This document shows positions 1-13,289 of a stretch of DNA of 64,000 nt, piece by piece (position 1 is the stretch's first letter; each line of letters opens with the position of its first letter). A program made the position numbers and the translations under genes. The stretch is from Lama glama. Taxonomy: Eukaryota. The notes under the pieces were generated by a model. That model was not told the origin of the DNA. It did not search any database and worked only from the letters and a program-made list of their open reading frames with translations. The stretch is from NCBI GenBank assembly GCA_028534125.1, contig CM052817.1, positions 56,794,001 to 56,858,000 on the forward strand, given 5' to 3'.

Positions 1-2012
1 GAAAGAAAAGGTAAGAAGATATATGCAGATTTCTATGGGATCCCTACAGGAAATTCTTATCCCAGGAAATAGCTTAGATCACTTGGGCCCCATTCCATGA
101 ACCAGAATTTAGTCATATGGTCACATGTAACTGCAAGGAAGACTGAAGAACTTAGTCTAGCTGTGTACCCAGGAGGAACTCATTTTGATAATACACAAAC
201 TTAATACTACTCTCCATCCTCTTATTCTCATATAAATATCATTCTATTATCACACATAATGCTCATTCACCCTTTCCCCAAAGTCTCATTCATTCATGAA
301 TTCAGTTGAATGTCCAGAAACTGCAGATGACACACATTTCTTGTCATCAGGTTCAGACGCATCTTCCCATGATCCAGCAACTTGGAAACCAAACTAACAT
401 GTTGTCTTCTCCCCACCCATAAAACCCTCAATGGTGAAGCAGGAAAGAAAGACTCCAACAGAATCTCTTGTTTGGAAATGAAGGGAGTGGATGACACAAG
501 CAGTCACTGGTCCACAGAAAGTATGACATTCCACTGGGCAGGCATAGTGAAGGCCCCATATCTAGGAATAGGGAGATATTCTTAATATCCCAAATCTTCT
601 TTCTAGGAAGAATTGTTTTCTGAGAATCCTATATTTTGCCCTCTTTCAAGTATTGCCTTGTTGAATATCCATTATTATCCACTAAAGTATGAGAAATGTC
701 TGTCTTCTTTAGAAGCTAAACAAATTCTGCATTGACTTTTGGTCCCAGGGCTTTTTTGATTTTATTTTTTTTAAAGATCACTAAATATTAATAGATCTGT
801 CCACTTAAGCTGGTAGTTCTTTCCTATTTGCTTCTAGTTAGTTCTGTGTTCCCAGCAACTATACACAAAGATGTTTCTTAAACTATGTCTTAAAGCTTAC
901 CTAGTTCATTCTTTCTCAAAGTACTGGAGACATTATTGGCACTACCTGAAACAATAGGGTTTTATAAGAAAAAAATATGTTTAATCTGATAATTACCACA
1001 CAAATGATTCACTCTTTAATAAAGAGTCTTACTATGTATCTTGGTTACTAGAACCTTTTACAACTTTACAACCAAATACTCTTAGTCAAGAAACAGTCAA
1101 CTTTTCCAATCTTGTAAGGCACTTGAGCTCTGAACTTTCTCTGTTACATTTGATCTCTACTTGAAAACAAGTTAATTATTGCTTGGGTTAATCTCTTTCT
1201 TATAATATCTGGCAAAATGTCACTAATAGTAGCCAACACACACTATCACTCTCTTTCAAACTTTCCCCTGAAAGGATTCTAAGTTATAACAAGAATCATT
1301 TTATCATTTGTCTTGCCATAGTGCTGGCAGTTATAGATTTTTCATTGCTGACTATCACTTTTTTGCTAAATAAACTTCACCTATTTTAGTTCTGTTGTTA
1401 CGGCAGCATCCAAATTATGGCACCAACTTCTGAATTTAGTCAGGGAAATTAATCACTGCAGATATTTCAAGCAGGAAGAAACTTAATAAAGATGTGGCAG
1501 TTTTACAAATTACCACAAATTCTTTAACATTATTCCCACTGCCAGATGGGAGCAGTATCTTCTCACCAGAACCTGGATCAGCTTGTATCTCCTTCAACAA
1601 TAGAGTACAAAACCAGTGACACCATATAACTTCCAAAACTAGATCATAAAAATCCATGAAGCTTATGCCCAGTCTTCCTTGCAGTCATTATGAGGGAAGC
1701 CAGATGCCATGTAAGAAGACTAACTTGCCAAGAGTACTATGCTGGAGAGGCCAGTGGACAGTCAGACCACCAAATCAACTGCAGGACATCAAATAAGCCT
1801 TATTGGGATTACATCTATTTGAGCTTCCACATCTAACTGCAACCATATAAGAGTCCCTCAGCAGAGCTTTCCAGACATACATCCCCAAATTTCTGACACA
1901 GAAAACTGTGAAAAGTAAAATGGCTATTTTAAAAAGCTGCCATACTTAGGGGTAATTTTTACTCAGAAGTAGTAACCAGAACACAAAGAATTAGATGCTT
2001 ATGAAATTTCTG
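1..2012 (-). mobile_element. Ancient MaLR (old MLT1 subfamily) remnant: LTR part (~60-190), MLT1-internal region (~190-1430) and start of the other LTR (1431-1492, resuming ~1985-2012)
   Basis: 91-178 resembles an antisense MLT1 LTR (cattcc..cagaatttagtcatatggtcacatgtaactgcaaggaagactg). 1385-1445 (ttttagttctgttgttacggcagcatccaaattatggcaccaacttctg|aatttagtcaggg) matches the antisense MaLR LTR/internal junction. The LTR is split by the MLT1 at 1493-1984. Confidence 0.65.
1493..1984 (+). mobile_element. MaLR solo LTR, MLT1G/H-like
   Basis: Starts TGTGGCAGTTTTACAAATTACCACAAATTCTTTAAC and ends AGTAGTAACCAGAACA. 5-bp TSD AAAGA at 1488-1492 and 1985-1989. Confidence 0.8.
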
Positions 2013-4411
2013 GAAAAGAAATTTCCACACATGAAAAATTAACTGCCATTTCTCTCCCACCATTAAAAACTAGATAATCAGAAAATACATGAAACTTCTG
2101 TTTGCATACATTGGAAAATAGTCAGCAGAGGACTGTGATCCCTATGAGAAGAGCAGCTAATGAGATGGGCTCTGTGATTGCCCAAGCTTACCCCACGGTG
2201 GCAGTTTCCAGGCTGCAGATTACACAAGTGAACAAAGAGCCTAGAGGCCTCACAGACTTGCAGGAGATAGGAGACGGTGAAAGGAGTTAAGCAAGGTCAA
2301 GGCAGCTAGAACTTGTGGGGCAGAGTTATTTAGAGAAAGAGCCCCAGATACCAAAGTCCTTGTTGAATACTGATCTGGATAAACATAGGCTGAAATTCCA
2401 TGGGACCAAGGAATAAAACATTGGAAAGTAGTTAGTAGGTCCAATAATACCTGGAGCTCTTACAGGGATAGAACAGGTCACATTCTACTATCTAGATTGA
2501 AGTGACATCAAATTTAGGACAATTTCAAGTTCTTTGAAGGGTATCATCTCAGATGTGCATTTAAATAAGGCCTAACTAAAGGCTATTCTGTATCCACATC
2601 CAATATGGTAAAATTTATAAAATCCATCATCCAATAAAAACTTCTGTGGTATACAAAGTAACAGGAAAATATGACCCATAACCAGGAGCACAATTAATTA
2701 ATAAAAGCAAATCCACAAATTATAGAGATTAAAGACTTTAAAACATATATTATAAATATCATGAACATGATGAGAAAAGAAAAAGAAGCTTATAATAAAG
2801 AGTCAAGTGGAACTCCTAGAGATGAAAAATACATTTTAATTGAAAAATTATGAGAGTAATCTCAGATTAGACACTTTAGAAGAAAAGATCAGTGAACTAG
2901 AAGGAATAGTAATACAGTGACTCAAAATAAAGCTCACAGAAAAAAGTCTAAAAAAACTGAACAGCACGTCAGTGATCTGTGTCCAACCAGGCAATGTTAA
3001 ACTGCTAAAAATATGTTTAATTGGAGTCTCAGGAAAAATATGTGTAAGTAAAGAAAAAATTAAAGAAATGACTACCATAATATCAAACTCAATGAAAACT
3101 CTACTTTTACAGATTGAAGATGCTCAAAAACCATAAGAAATGCAGAGGAACATCATAATGAAATCACTAAACATCAATGACACAGCAAAAACCTTGAAAG
3201 GGGTTGCAAGGGAGGAAAAATGAATTATATTTTTTTAAAAGCTAAGAATGATAGTTAACTTCTTGTCAGAGTTTAGGTAAGCCACAAGAAAATTAATTTA
3301 CATCTATAAACTACTAAAAGGAGAAAAGCTATCAATGATAATTTCATGCCCAAAGAAAATATGTTTTAAAGATAAAGGCAAAATAATAATTTTTACACAC
3401 ACAAAAGATGAGCTGGCAAAATTTATCATTAGCAGAATTGCACTAAAAGAAATTTAAAAGAAGTCCTTTAAATAAAAGAAAAATGATACCAGAGAGAAAT
3501 TTGGAGCTACAAAAAGAAATGATGAGCACCAGAAATGCTAACTACATGAGTAAATACTGAAGCCATTTTTCCTCAGGTTTTAATCTTTTATGATAATAAT
3601 TGATGACATGTAGCAAAAACTATGTTGTCAATATTATAACATGGGTAGAAGTAAAGCATATGACAACATTATCACAAAAGCCAAGAGGGAGTAATTGGGA
3701 GGTTCTTACAGTATATATGAACTAGTCTGGTATCATTTGAATGTAGACTATGATAAGTTAAATATATATTGCAAACCTGAGAGAAACTATTAAACATATA
3801 TACATATATGTCAAATAAGCCAACAGTAGAGATAAAATAGAACCATAATAAATATTCAATTAACTTGAAACAAGACAGAAAACAAGAAAAAAGAGAACAA
3901 ACAGAAGGTGGAAAATTAGAAAACAAATATCAAGATTGTGGATCTACACAAAACTATATTAAATTGAAATGATCTAACTACACAAAGTAAAAGAGAAGGG
4001 AGTATCAGAGTAAATAAAAAGCATGACCCAACTCTGTACTACACAAGAAAGCTACAATGACTATAGAGACTCAAATTGGTTAAATGTAAAAGGATTTAAA
4101 AATATGTATATATAAAAACCATGCAGATACTAATCAACAGAAAGCTAGAGTAGCTATATTAATACCAGACAAAGTAGATTTCAGAACAAAGAATATTACT
4201 AGGGATAAAAATATACATTCTATAGAAAAAAAGGTACAGTTCATTAAGAAATCATAACAATCCTAAATGTCTATGTATCTAGTATTGGAATATCAAAATT
4301 CATAAAACAAATACTGCTGGAAGTTGAAGAAAAATTAAACAAATACATACTTAGACCTAAGAACTTCAATATCCCTCTCTTTGCAATCAGTAAAACAAGT
4401 AACCTCCCTAC

Positions 4412-4430
4412 AAAAAAAAAAAAAAAAAAA
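4412..4430 (+). repeat. A19 homopolymer inside L1
   Basis: Direct read. Confidence 0.9.
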
Positions 4431-4621
4431 CAAACCTAGTAAGAACACAGGAAGATTTTAATAACAGCATCAAGGAATTTGACATAGTTAGCATCTGTAG
4501 AACGTTCCACACCAAAAGAGTTGACTATGATTTGATTTTTTTAAGTGTATATAAAATACTCCCCAAGACTGATAACCTACTTCCAATTAAAAAGTATCTA
4601 TAAATTTAGAAGAGATGAAAT

Positions 4622-5214
4622 TGAAGTGGGAGGAAAGGGGGCAGGGCACAATGATTGAAGGAATGACACGGTAATTGAGGACAGGACAAACTGGTTAGAA
4701 TCAAGACGGCAGAAGATTCAACTTCCAGTAGGCCTTGAGCATCAGGCATACCCACAGGTGCCATGACAGCTCCTAGGCTGACCATAAAAGGTCAAAAAGC
4801 AGGTGGGGGGGGCATTTCCTGGAAATTCTCACCCTTTCCCCAAAGTAGTTCGAATATCCTTCTACTCGTTAGCATATAAAATTACCGAGCCCATCAAATT
4901 TAACAACTCTGCACCTCATGGTCACTCTCTCTAGCCTTCTGAGATGGCCCATACTCTGTCTATGGAGTGAGTATCTGGTTTTACTTTAAACTAAATACCC
5001 CCACAACTCACAGTCTCTCTCCCTCTCATCCTTCTGAGATTGCCCACATTCTGCCCTATGGAGTGTGTATTTCCTGAGCCATTTTTCCACCTGAGTGAGA
5101 TAGACCCCACTCTCTGTGAAGTGTGTATCTCTCTAAATAAACTTGCCTTCACTTTACTATTTCTAGCTCTTGAATTCTTTCCTGTGCAAGGCAAGAACCT
5201 ACTCTTCCATGACA
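4622..5214 (+). mobile_element. ERV solo LTR, 593 bp (class I/ERV1-like from its 4-bp TSD)
   Basis: TG...CA ends, perfect 4-bp TSD AAAT (4618-4621, 5215-5218), and the L1 sequence rejoins seamlessly across it. TATAAAA at 4875-4881, AATAAA at 5136-5141, higher GC than the flanks. Confidence 0.9.
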
Positions 5215-6204
5215 AAATCATGCAAAGTTTTGTTTTCTAACTATAACAGAATTAAATAATCATCATCAACAACAATGAAGGGTATCTGGAAAATCTTAAA
5301 ATATTTGAAAATGAGAAATAAACAAATAAATAATTTGTAAGTAAAAGAAAAAAATCACAGAAGAAAATAGAAATTTTTTTAACTGAAGGGAAGTTAAACA
5401 AAATGTAAAAATTTGGAGATGTGGCTAAAGCATTGCTTAGAGGAAAATCATAGTACTTAGCACCAACACTAAAAAGGAGGAAAGTTCTCAAATTAAAAAT
5501 CTCATTTTCAACTTTAAGAAACTAGTGAAGAAAATTAAGCCTACAGTAAGCAGATGGAAAAATGTAAGGAAGATTAAAATGGAAACTAATGAAACAAAAA
5601 AACAAAAAATAGACAAGCAATAGAGAAAATAAAGTCAAACAATGGTTCTTTAAAATTGGAAAAAACAATGCATAACCATTTATCTCAGATCAAGGTCACG
5701 TTAAGAAAAAAAGAAAAGTTATCACTATCCAGAATGAAAGAAGAGACATCACTGCAGATACAAACATTGAAAAAAAAAAAAGAGGGTATTATAAACAACT
5801 ATATCAATAGATCTGACAATTTAAATAAAATGGACAAATCCTTCTAAAGACAAAAATTTTCAAAGCTCAATTCACATGTATTAAATAGGTCTATATACGA
5901 TATATGGCTCTCTATGTATTATAGAAATTGAATTTATAAATGTAAAATTTCCCCAAAAGAATAAGAAAAATTAAAAAAAAGTTCCAAGCCCATATAGATT
6001 GGAAACAAAGTAAAATTTCCTCATTCTCAGATGATATGATTGTGCCTGTATTGGACATCCTAAGGAACACACACGGTAACTATGAAAACTTACAAATGTG
6101 TGTACCAAGGTTGTAGAACTTGTCATTACACTAAAAGTGATTGCATTTACATTTTTTAGCATCTGAAAATTGGAGCTTGAAATCAATAAAATAATACCAT
6201 ATAA

Positions 6205-6730
6205 GTTCCATAAAAATGGAATAATATTACCTAGTCTTATGTCTGGCTTCTTGTGCTCACCATAATTCTTTGGAGCTTCATATATGTTGCTGCCTTTATC
6301 AGTAATTTGTTCCCTATTTTGCTGAGTAGCATTCTTTCATATAGCTATACCAAGATGTGTGCACCCATTTATCAGTTGATGGGTATCTGGGATGTTTCCA
6401 GTTTTGGATTAAAGTCTTACAAATATAAAACTCTTTGTGTCAACATATATGATTATTGCTCATGGGTAAATATCTATAAATGGGATTTCTGGGTCATGTA
6501 GTAAGTGTACTGTAAATTCTACAATATATTTCTAAGTGATTTTTTAACTTGGCCTGTGGCATTTTACATTTCTTCTAGCAATACGTAAAAGTTACATTTG
6601 TTCCTCAACCTCACTGAAGTATAATATTGCCAGTCTTTTTCATTTTAGTTATTCTTGTGGTTATGCAGTATTATCTCAATGGGGTTTTAATTTTTCCAAA
6701 GATTAATTATTTGAGCATTTCATAATATTC
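6205..6730 (-). mobile_element. Old L1M 3' fragment (end of ORF2 / 3' UTR), antisense
   Basis: aaaatggaataatattacctagtcttatgtctggcttcttgtgctcaccataat...gttgatgggtatctgggatgtttccagttttgg...attcttgtggttatgcagtattatctcaatggggttttaatt is a typical antisense L1M 3' region. Confidence 0.8.
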
Positions 6731-8757
6731 AATGAAATGTTAAGCAAACATTAAGAAGCAATTTAAAAATATTATACAGCATTATCATGATTATTACAAA
6801 GCATGTTGAAAGAAGAAAACTTTGTAATCTACACTGTAATTACACCCAAGTTAAGCTTGTATGTGCTTATATATAAGGAAATTAATTTAAATTAATCGTT
6901 GTGCCAAGGCCATTGCAGCACAGATTCTTACATTTTCATATCACTTAGTTGGAGATTTTTTCCACATGCACATGCTTCCCAGACAGCTCTCGTTAAGACT
7001 GTTAATGTTCTATTTTCAGATTATAATGCTGCTATAATGTAGATATGCTAGAGGCTAGAAAAGGGAGAATCTGATTCATGTAGACTAACTATCCAATGAA
7101 TGTTTCAAGAACTAAGTAAGATATTTGATAAAAGCCCTAAAAATGATGTGCTTGTTAGCATTTGGATGTGTCCAATTTATTTTTCTCTGTATGTCCCTAA
7201 TTCCCCCAAATGAAGAGAGGAAGATACCATTTATATATCTAAGAGCTGACACTAAATTAGCAGAACACTAGAAAAACCAGGAAGCTGATCATAGATGAAG
7301 GAAATGGCACAAAGTGAGTAATTCAGAGGCTCTGCTGCCTGTTTTTCATCCACACCTAAACCTCTTCTCAACTAAGCGTTCTGGCCATAGACAAAACAAA
7401 AAGTCCAAAAGAACTTGTAAAACATTTCGCAGTCTATAGAGTCCTATAAAATAACTGGATAATGGATTCCACACATTTTTGGTGAGTCTGAAAGGATGAG
7501 ATAGTAACCTAAATTTGTCCTCAAGTTGCCTCACTGGTCACAATTGTTCCAGATTCAGGAGCATTCTATGTGTTTCATGTCTGAAATGTGATAAATTACT
7601 TCTTTCCTTGTTTCATCGTTGCTATTTATTAGCCTCCATTGCACAAACTCTTGTCACCTACCTGCATCTCCCATTCGCATTTCTGTGGACTTCCTTGTAT
7701 CTCTTGGCATTGTTTCAATTTGCTTTGAATCTATAAATATCCTGATTATATGCTCCTAGGAGAACTGTAACTTTGTTCCAATCATATTTTATGAAGCACT
7801 TGACATTTTCCAATGTTCTCTTTGTCAATACTTACAAATGTATTTGCTAATCGCTCTGCATTGTTTTATCCTCTGTTTGTCTTCTTCAATCAACTCTGAG
7901 TTCTTTCATTTATTCTCTGTTCATTTCCCAAGTTCACCTTTTAGCGTCTCAGCTCAGTAGTTGAAATTATGTGTGGCAAATTTCCTTAACTATTTAATAA
8001 TGTCTTCCTAAGTTGCACAAAAATCTATTTCAGACAATCATGCATTTTTCCTAAATTTCTGTCATTTTGTTCTGCCCTATTATTCTTATTCTTTGACTGA
8101 TTTTCCATTTTATTATTTTCACTATTATTATGGATATTTGCCATTCTTTTCAAAGGAATTTGAACATTCTAATATTCTTTTCTCCATTCCCTTTCTTTCT
8201 ATTTGCCAATAACTTATCGAAATGTCCATCTTAGTGTTTTGAAAAACTAATCATGTTAAGGATAATAAAAATTTATATTAGTCAACTTAAATGTTAAAGA
8301 TATGCCAAACAGGGATCTCAAGAAGAGCAGAATGCTTGGGGAAGGGGAAAACATTTTCAGAAGTTTGAGAAGCTGATCTTAATTCTTTTGAGATTTTCAC
8401 TTGATTAATCACTTCAAAATCATATATGTACTTTTTATTTGAAGATTATTTACATGCATCCCAGTCAGATCTTCTTATTAAGACATATTTTCTTGTCATT
8501 CATTCTTATAAAGGCAACTAGAATTCAGATTCAAAACTCAGTTTTCTTCTATGTACCATGTAACTTACTCCTATGGATTGCTCTTTTTCATATCAACGTC
8601 TTTACTTTTTACTTTCTGTAATTTTGGCATAGACACAAACTCTTATCTTCTATTCCTTCAAGCTAGAAAAATACAAATGCATATTTCAATACATAGTTTC
8701 TCATCCTTCAAAGTTATACACACAGGCCTCATAAATTCTTTAAAATCCTAAAACCTG

Positions 8758-8792
8758 AGTGTGTGTATGTATATGTGTGTGTCTGTGTGTGT
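8758..8792 (+). repeat. Imperfect (TG)n/(TA)n microsatellite
   Basis: agtgtgtgtatgtatatgtgtgtgtctgtgtgtgt. Confidence 0.8.
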
Positions 8793-9009
8793 TTAATAGC
8801 CATAGCTTCAAATCAAACCTCTTTATGACTAAGTTTTTAATCACTGAGAGTAGAAGAGAGTTGCCTAAGGAATTCAGTCCTATGAAGCATACTATCAGAG
8901 AAGCATACTATTAAAATTTACCATTCTAATAGTGGCACATACAGAAAAATTGAGAATAATGCAGGTTAAATTATTCCCCACTTTTAAATTTGAGTTGACT
9001 AGATAGAAG

Positions 9010-9215
9010 GGGGTTCAAAGCCCTGTCCTGGCACTGGCTGTAGGAGCAACTGATCCTTTGGACCCTCTGAGGACTCAACTTCAGTTGCCCCCGCTCTAGA
9101 ATGAGGTCTATAATGTGGACCTGTCTGTAGGTTTGTTTAAGGAAGAAGAAGTATGAGATGTCTTAGGCATCTTAGCACAATGTGCAGTAGAGCATTATTA
9201 ACAATAATGCTAGCT
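9010..9215 (+). mobile_element. MIR SINE, degenerate
   Basis: gggttcaaagccc...cctctgaggactc..cagttgcccc..tctagaatgagg..cttagcacaatgtgc...caataatgctagct follows the MIR core and tail order. Confidence 0.55.
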
Positions 9216-11869
9216 CTCTTTTAAAAAATAATTTGAATTGAAAGTGCAACAAAGTTCAATGATAGCTCTCATAAAAAGAAGTAATAAATCTCATCCTACC
9301 GAAGTAGAGACTTCAACCTGAGACATTTGGCATTCAGGAGACGATAAATCTTGATACCTTCACAAATGTGAAAATGTGACTACAGGATCTTAGCTTTTTT
9401 CAAACTGTATTTCCAAGCAAAAGCATATTTTTTCCATACACACATTTCAACTTAACTACCTTTTAACTTGTACAAAATTTATTTTTTAGCTACTTTTTTC
9501 ATAAAGTACAAAGCACTTGTGACCTGAAATCACTTATCTCAGGAGTGACAATGAGTTGAAGCCCAAAGATCACCTGAGACCCAGCTGGCCAAGTGCCTTT
9601 CTCAGTGACAGGCTCCAGTATAACATCACATAGAATTCAAGTTTGTGCTTGTCGAAATAATAAATTTTTGTATGACACAAACATTTATAGTTATAGGAAA
9701 TTGGCTGAAACCTCAAATGTTAAATTGACAAGTAGGAAAGGTCAATTTGAAATAGTGATTCACACTTCTCTAATGTGTGCTGTATGCTGTCATTACATAA
9801 CAAATCAAATTGCTGGGACAGTACTTAGGACCTAAGAACTAAATTGTTTTCCCAATTAAAATGAGAATTGGAAAATGTTAGGAAAGAGGAAAATCTCTAT
9901 TTTATCTTCTTTCCTGGTTCCCAAGACCATCATAAATTATTTCCTAGGACTATACAGTATAAAACTCAAAAAACTTGAAGGAACAAATCTGAAAACTCAT
10001 CTTCCTCAACTTCCAAACTAACCTATTGATTCTCAATTTTTAGGAAAGAAAATTGAGACATGAAGATTTTTAGAAATTAATCCAATTTGACACAAAAAGA
10101 TGAGCCATCAGATTTTGTGAATCTTGTTTAACAAATAAAATCATTTTTCCTCAAGCCAACTATATAATATGTGATCTGCATGTAGCTTCATCCAGGATTG
10201 GCTATGACTAATGCCACTCCATCACAGTAAACACTGCTCTAAGCTGCCTTGTCTGTCATTGTTAACACTTCTATCAAACACTTTGAAGACTGCTATAGGA
10301 AAAACACTTATTGAGTTCCTGAATCACACAAATACTGTTGGGACCTAGAAAACGTTTTCACAGCTAAATATAGCATTTCAAAGAGGAAAAAAAGCATTCA
10401 TGAGAAATAAAAGCTCTCTCCCATCCCACCTCCATCTCTTTGTGCATCAATTCTGTGAAGTTTGGCTAAGGAAGTCCTGGTATTCTTGTATAATGGCTCT
10501 AAGTAAAGTTCTCCTACACTTTCTTCCAAAACTTGGCTTCTTAAATGAAGCATTATATAATACAGGAGTAATGGAGGCTTTTGAAAGTAATTTGGGATTT
10601 AGGTTAAGAAACAGCAAAATTAAGATTTGAAAATTACATACTCCTCATATACATTTTAAGCTTCAATTTTCTGGTCATGAATCTTTATTCTGCTTTTAAA
10701 AGAAAAGCACATGTTGAGGAGAGATATATGTAAGAGGAAAACTGAGTTTTATGTGGCCTCCTACTACAGTTTGAAATGTAGTCCCTAGTGCAGCATTCAC
10801 TGCATAAAATAATTGCACACAAGTGTTATTATATTAATTTCAGCCAAGATTACCACCTATTCTTACATCCCATTTTATTTGAATAAAGGATGAATTAAAG
10901 TTCCTGGCCCCTATATTTTGGTTGGAAAAAGAATGGTGAAAGTTTGAGTGACTGCTGTATGAAATAATTCAACTCCCCAAGTTACTAATGTATCATCATT
11001 AAGAAGTGGTTTATGTATGAAACAAAATCAGATTTGCTGTCTTGTTATTGAAGAGTTTGGTTATTCCCAAACCCATGTGAAAATCTAAAGCACTGGAGAA
11101 TTCCTCAAAAGTGTGGATTTCATAGCTCTAACCCAAACATATTAAGAATATACAGGAATGAGGTAATATCATTTATGTTATCCTGTAATGCTCCTCTAAA
11201 TATTTCTGATGTTCAGAACCACTTGACTAGAAGTTATTTATCAGATATAAATTTGAAGAACTAATACCTGTGGGTTTTCCATAGTAACAGGCATCAAATG
11301 TTAATATATTATGCTTAGTCATCCTACTATGAACAAATAATTTGATATGCTTAAATGAAAACCATTTTATTTCTTATTTGTGATTCATGCTTGCATTAAA
11401 ATCATATTAAGGTAAATTTTACATAGATCTAATCTAATAGTAAACTGTGGTCTCTAAAATGGGAGATGCAAAGCATAGGTTTAATGTTTATAAGAACATA
11501 TGTTGTGAACAGTAAGAATCCTAATTAAAATTGAAAATATTACTCCAAGCTAGTGTCTTTCGGAGCACTAATTTTTATTTTAATCAAATGCATCAATTTT
11601 TTATAGCTCTGCAGAGAATAGTATTATGTGTTATATATGTGTATGTTTTTATAGCATTTCATGGAGTCGAAATGGCCTCTGAAATAGGTATTGTGCTATT
11701 ATCTCCTGTATCAATTTTCAGAATATTTGAGAAGAAAGGGGTGCTTTCTTTACAAATCTTAACTGTTCTGTCTGAATTTTTCTTGGGATTTCTTGAGTGT
11801 ACTACTTGCAGGACTGTATCTTTGCGTTCTAGGCCCTGTGCCAAACGAACATAGTGATGTATGTGTTGT

Positions 11870-12170
11870 TATTCATCTGTGTATCTAAGAACATACATGG
11901 AGCACAGTCAAGAACTATACTTTGTGCTGAAGATATGGTGGTTAAAAAGTCAGAGACAATCCCTGCCCTAACAGAGTTTACCACCTCATAAGGAAGACAT
12001 ACATTAAACAGGGAACTGAGAGTGAAATAAATTCCACCAAGTGTGAGCAGGGAAGTTATCACTGCATAATTGATGTCAATGCAGAAACACAAAGGATAAA
12101 TAGGAGTTATCTACTTATCTGGACAAAGAGAGTTCAAGGCAAAAAAAAAAAAAAAGCAGATAAGGTTAGA
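11870..12170 (-). mobile_element. L2 3' end fragment
   Basis: tgtgctgaagatatggtggttaaaaagtcagagacaatccctgccctaacagagtttacc matches the antisense L2 tail. Confidence 0.65.
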
Positions 12171-12224
12171 GAAAGGTCAAGCCTGCTACTTTGTTGAATT
12201 GCTCTTAAATACTAGGTGATGACA

Positions 12225-12440
12225 TAAGTGATAGTGGGCTCTGAAGGCAGACAGCTGTAGTTCTAAATCTAATTCTGCCACCACTACTGAGCTATGTCTT
12301 CCAGCAGATTAATTAATCTCTCTAAAAATTTCCCTATGTGTTAAATGAAGTTTGTAATAAGGTTGTAGTGAAGATGAAAGGAACAAATAACAGCTAAATA
12401 ATTACAAAAAAAATTTTTAATACTTGCTTAACACAATGAT
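12225..12440 (+). mobile_element. MIR SINE
   Basis: gggctctgaaggcagacagctgtagttctaaatctaattctgccacc...ttaatctctct..tttccctatgtgttaaatg..aggttgtagtgaagatgaaa. Confidence 0.7.
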
Positions 12441-13289
12441 ATATAACCTTATCTTATTGAATATCTAAATTCCTAACTCAAGAATTGGGTTCTAACTCCA
12501 CGGGTCTGTTACACAGCATGGCATTGTAAGGACCTATGGATGGACTCCTGCAGCTTTATAAACTCATTATTCCTATTCAGGATTTGGCAGAGGAGAAAAT
12601 TAGACAGGGAAACTGAAAATACCAGAATCTTTGTTTCCATGTTCAAAAATATTGGAGAGTATTTATTGGAATAAGAAAGGCTTCCTTTGAGTTTTAGATG
12701 TTGGAAAAGAAAAGGCTGCCTGTGAATTTTAGAAAGTAAAGATAGATTTAAATGTAGAAGGTAGCAGCACAGGCAGCAGGACAGCAAATGAAATTAACTT
12801 GGATAAATGACTCAGAGGGTGTTGGCAAAAATTATCTTAATTGTTCTTATGCACAGGTTATCACTGGGATAAATATTGAAATTAGATTTGAAAGTGATTG
12901 GATTATTTTATGAGCCTCAAAAGTACTTGCAGGTAACTAGCACAAGCAATAATTTTTTAATCAAATCTCATGATGCAGGAAGTAAACTGATCATTCAGAG
13001 GTCAGAATGACATTTATGGGGGTGAGAAATTTCTGTCTCTGAAACTGGCTGAACGGACACTGACAGAGGTAGAACTTGAGTAGAAGGATTTATTACCCAA
13101 TACAGTACACAGTTCTCATATCACTAATTAATCATTAGGGGAAAATAGAAGAACCTGTCTGATACAAGCTCAAGTTTCTTAAATTAATAGTTTTCAGGAC
13201 AATCAGATGTAGCTTAATGGATAGAGCATAAGATTTAACACCCCCAGAATTTAAAAAATAGATAAATGGGTTCTCATCTACTCTTCTAC

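Larger units (their letters stand above)
2020..6205 (+). mobile_element. Degenerate old L1 (L1MC/L1MD-type): 5' region, ORF1 and 5' part of ORF2, with an internal deletion at ~5990
   Basis: Old L1M-type 5' end (gactgtgatccctatgagaagagcagctaatgagatgggc), A-rich ORF1 remnant ~2650-3520, endonuclease-region remnant (gaaagctagagtagctatattaataccagacaaagtagatttcagaac at ~4140-4190), and RT core remnant FSDDMI at 6024-6041. Many stops and frameshifts. Interrupted by an LTR at 4622-5214. Confidence 0.85.

Noticed and set aside
8884..8911. Short duplications such as GAAGCATACTAT x2 (also 41420-41451 and 21773-21792)
   Set aside because: Ordinary two-copy slippage duplications with no insert or further structure.
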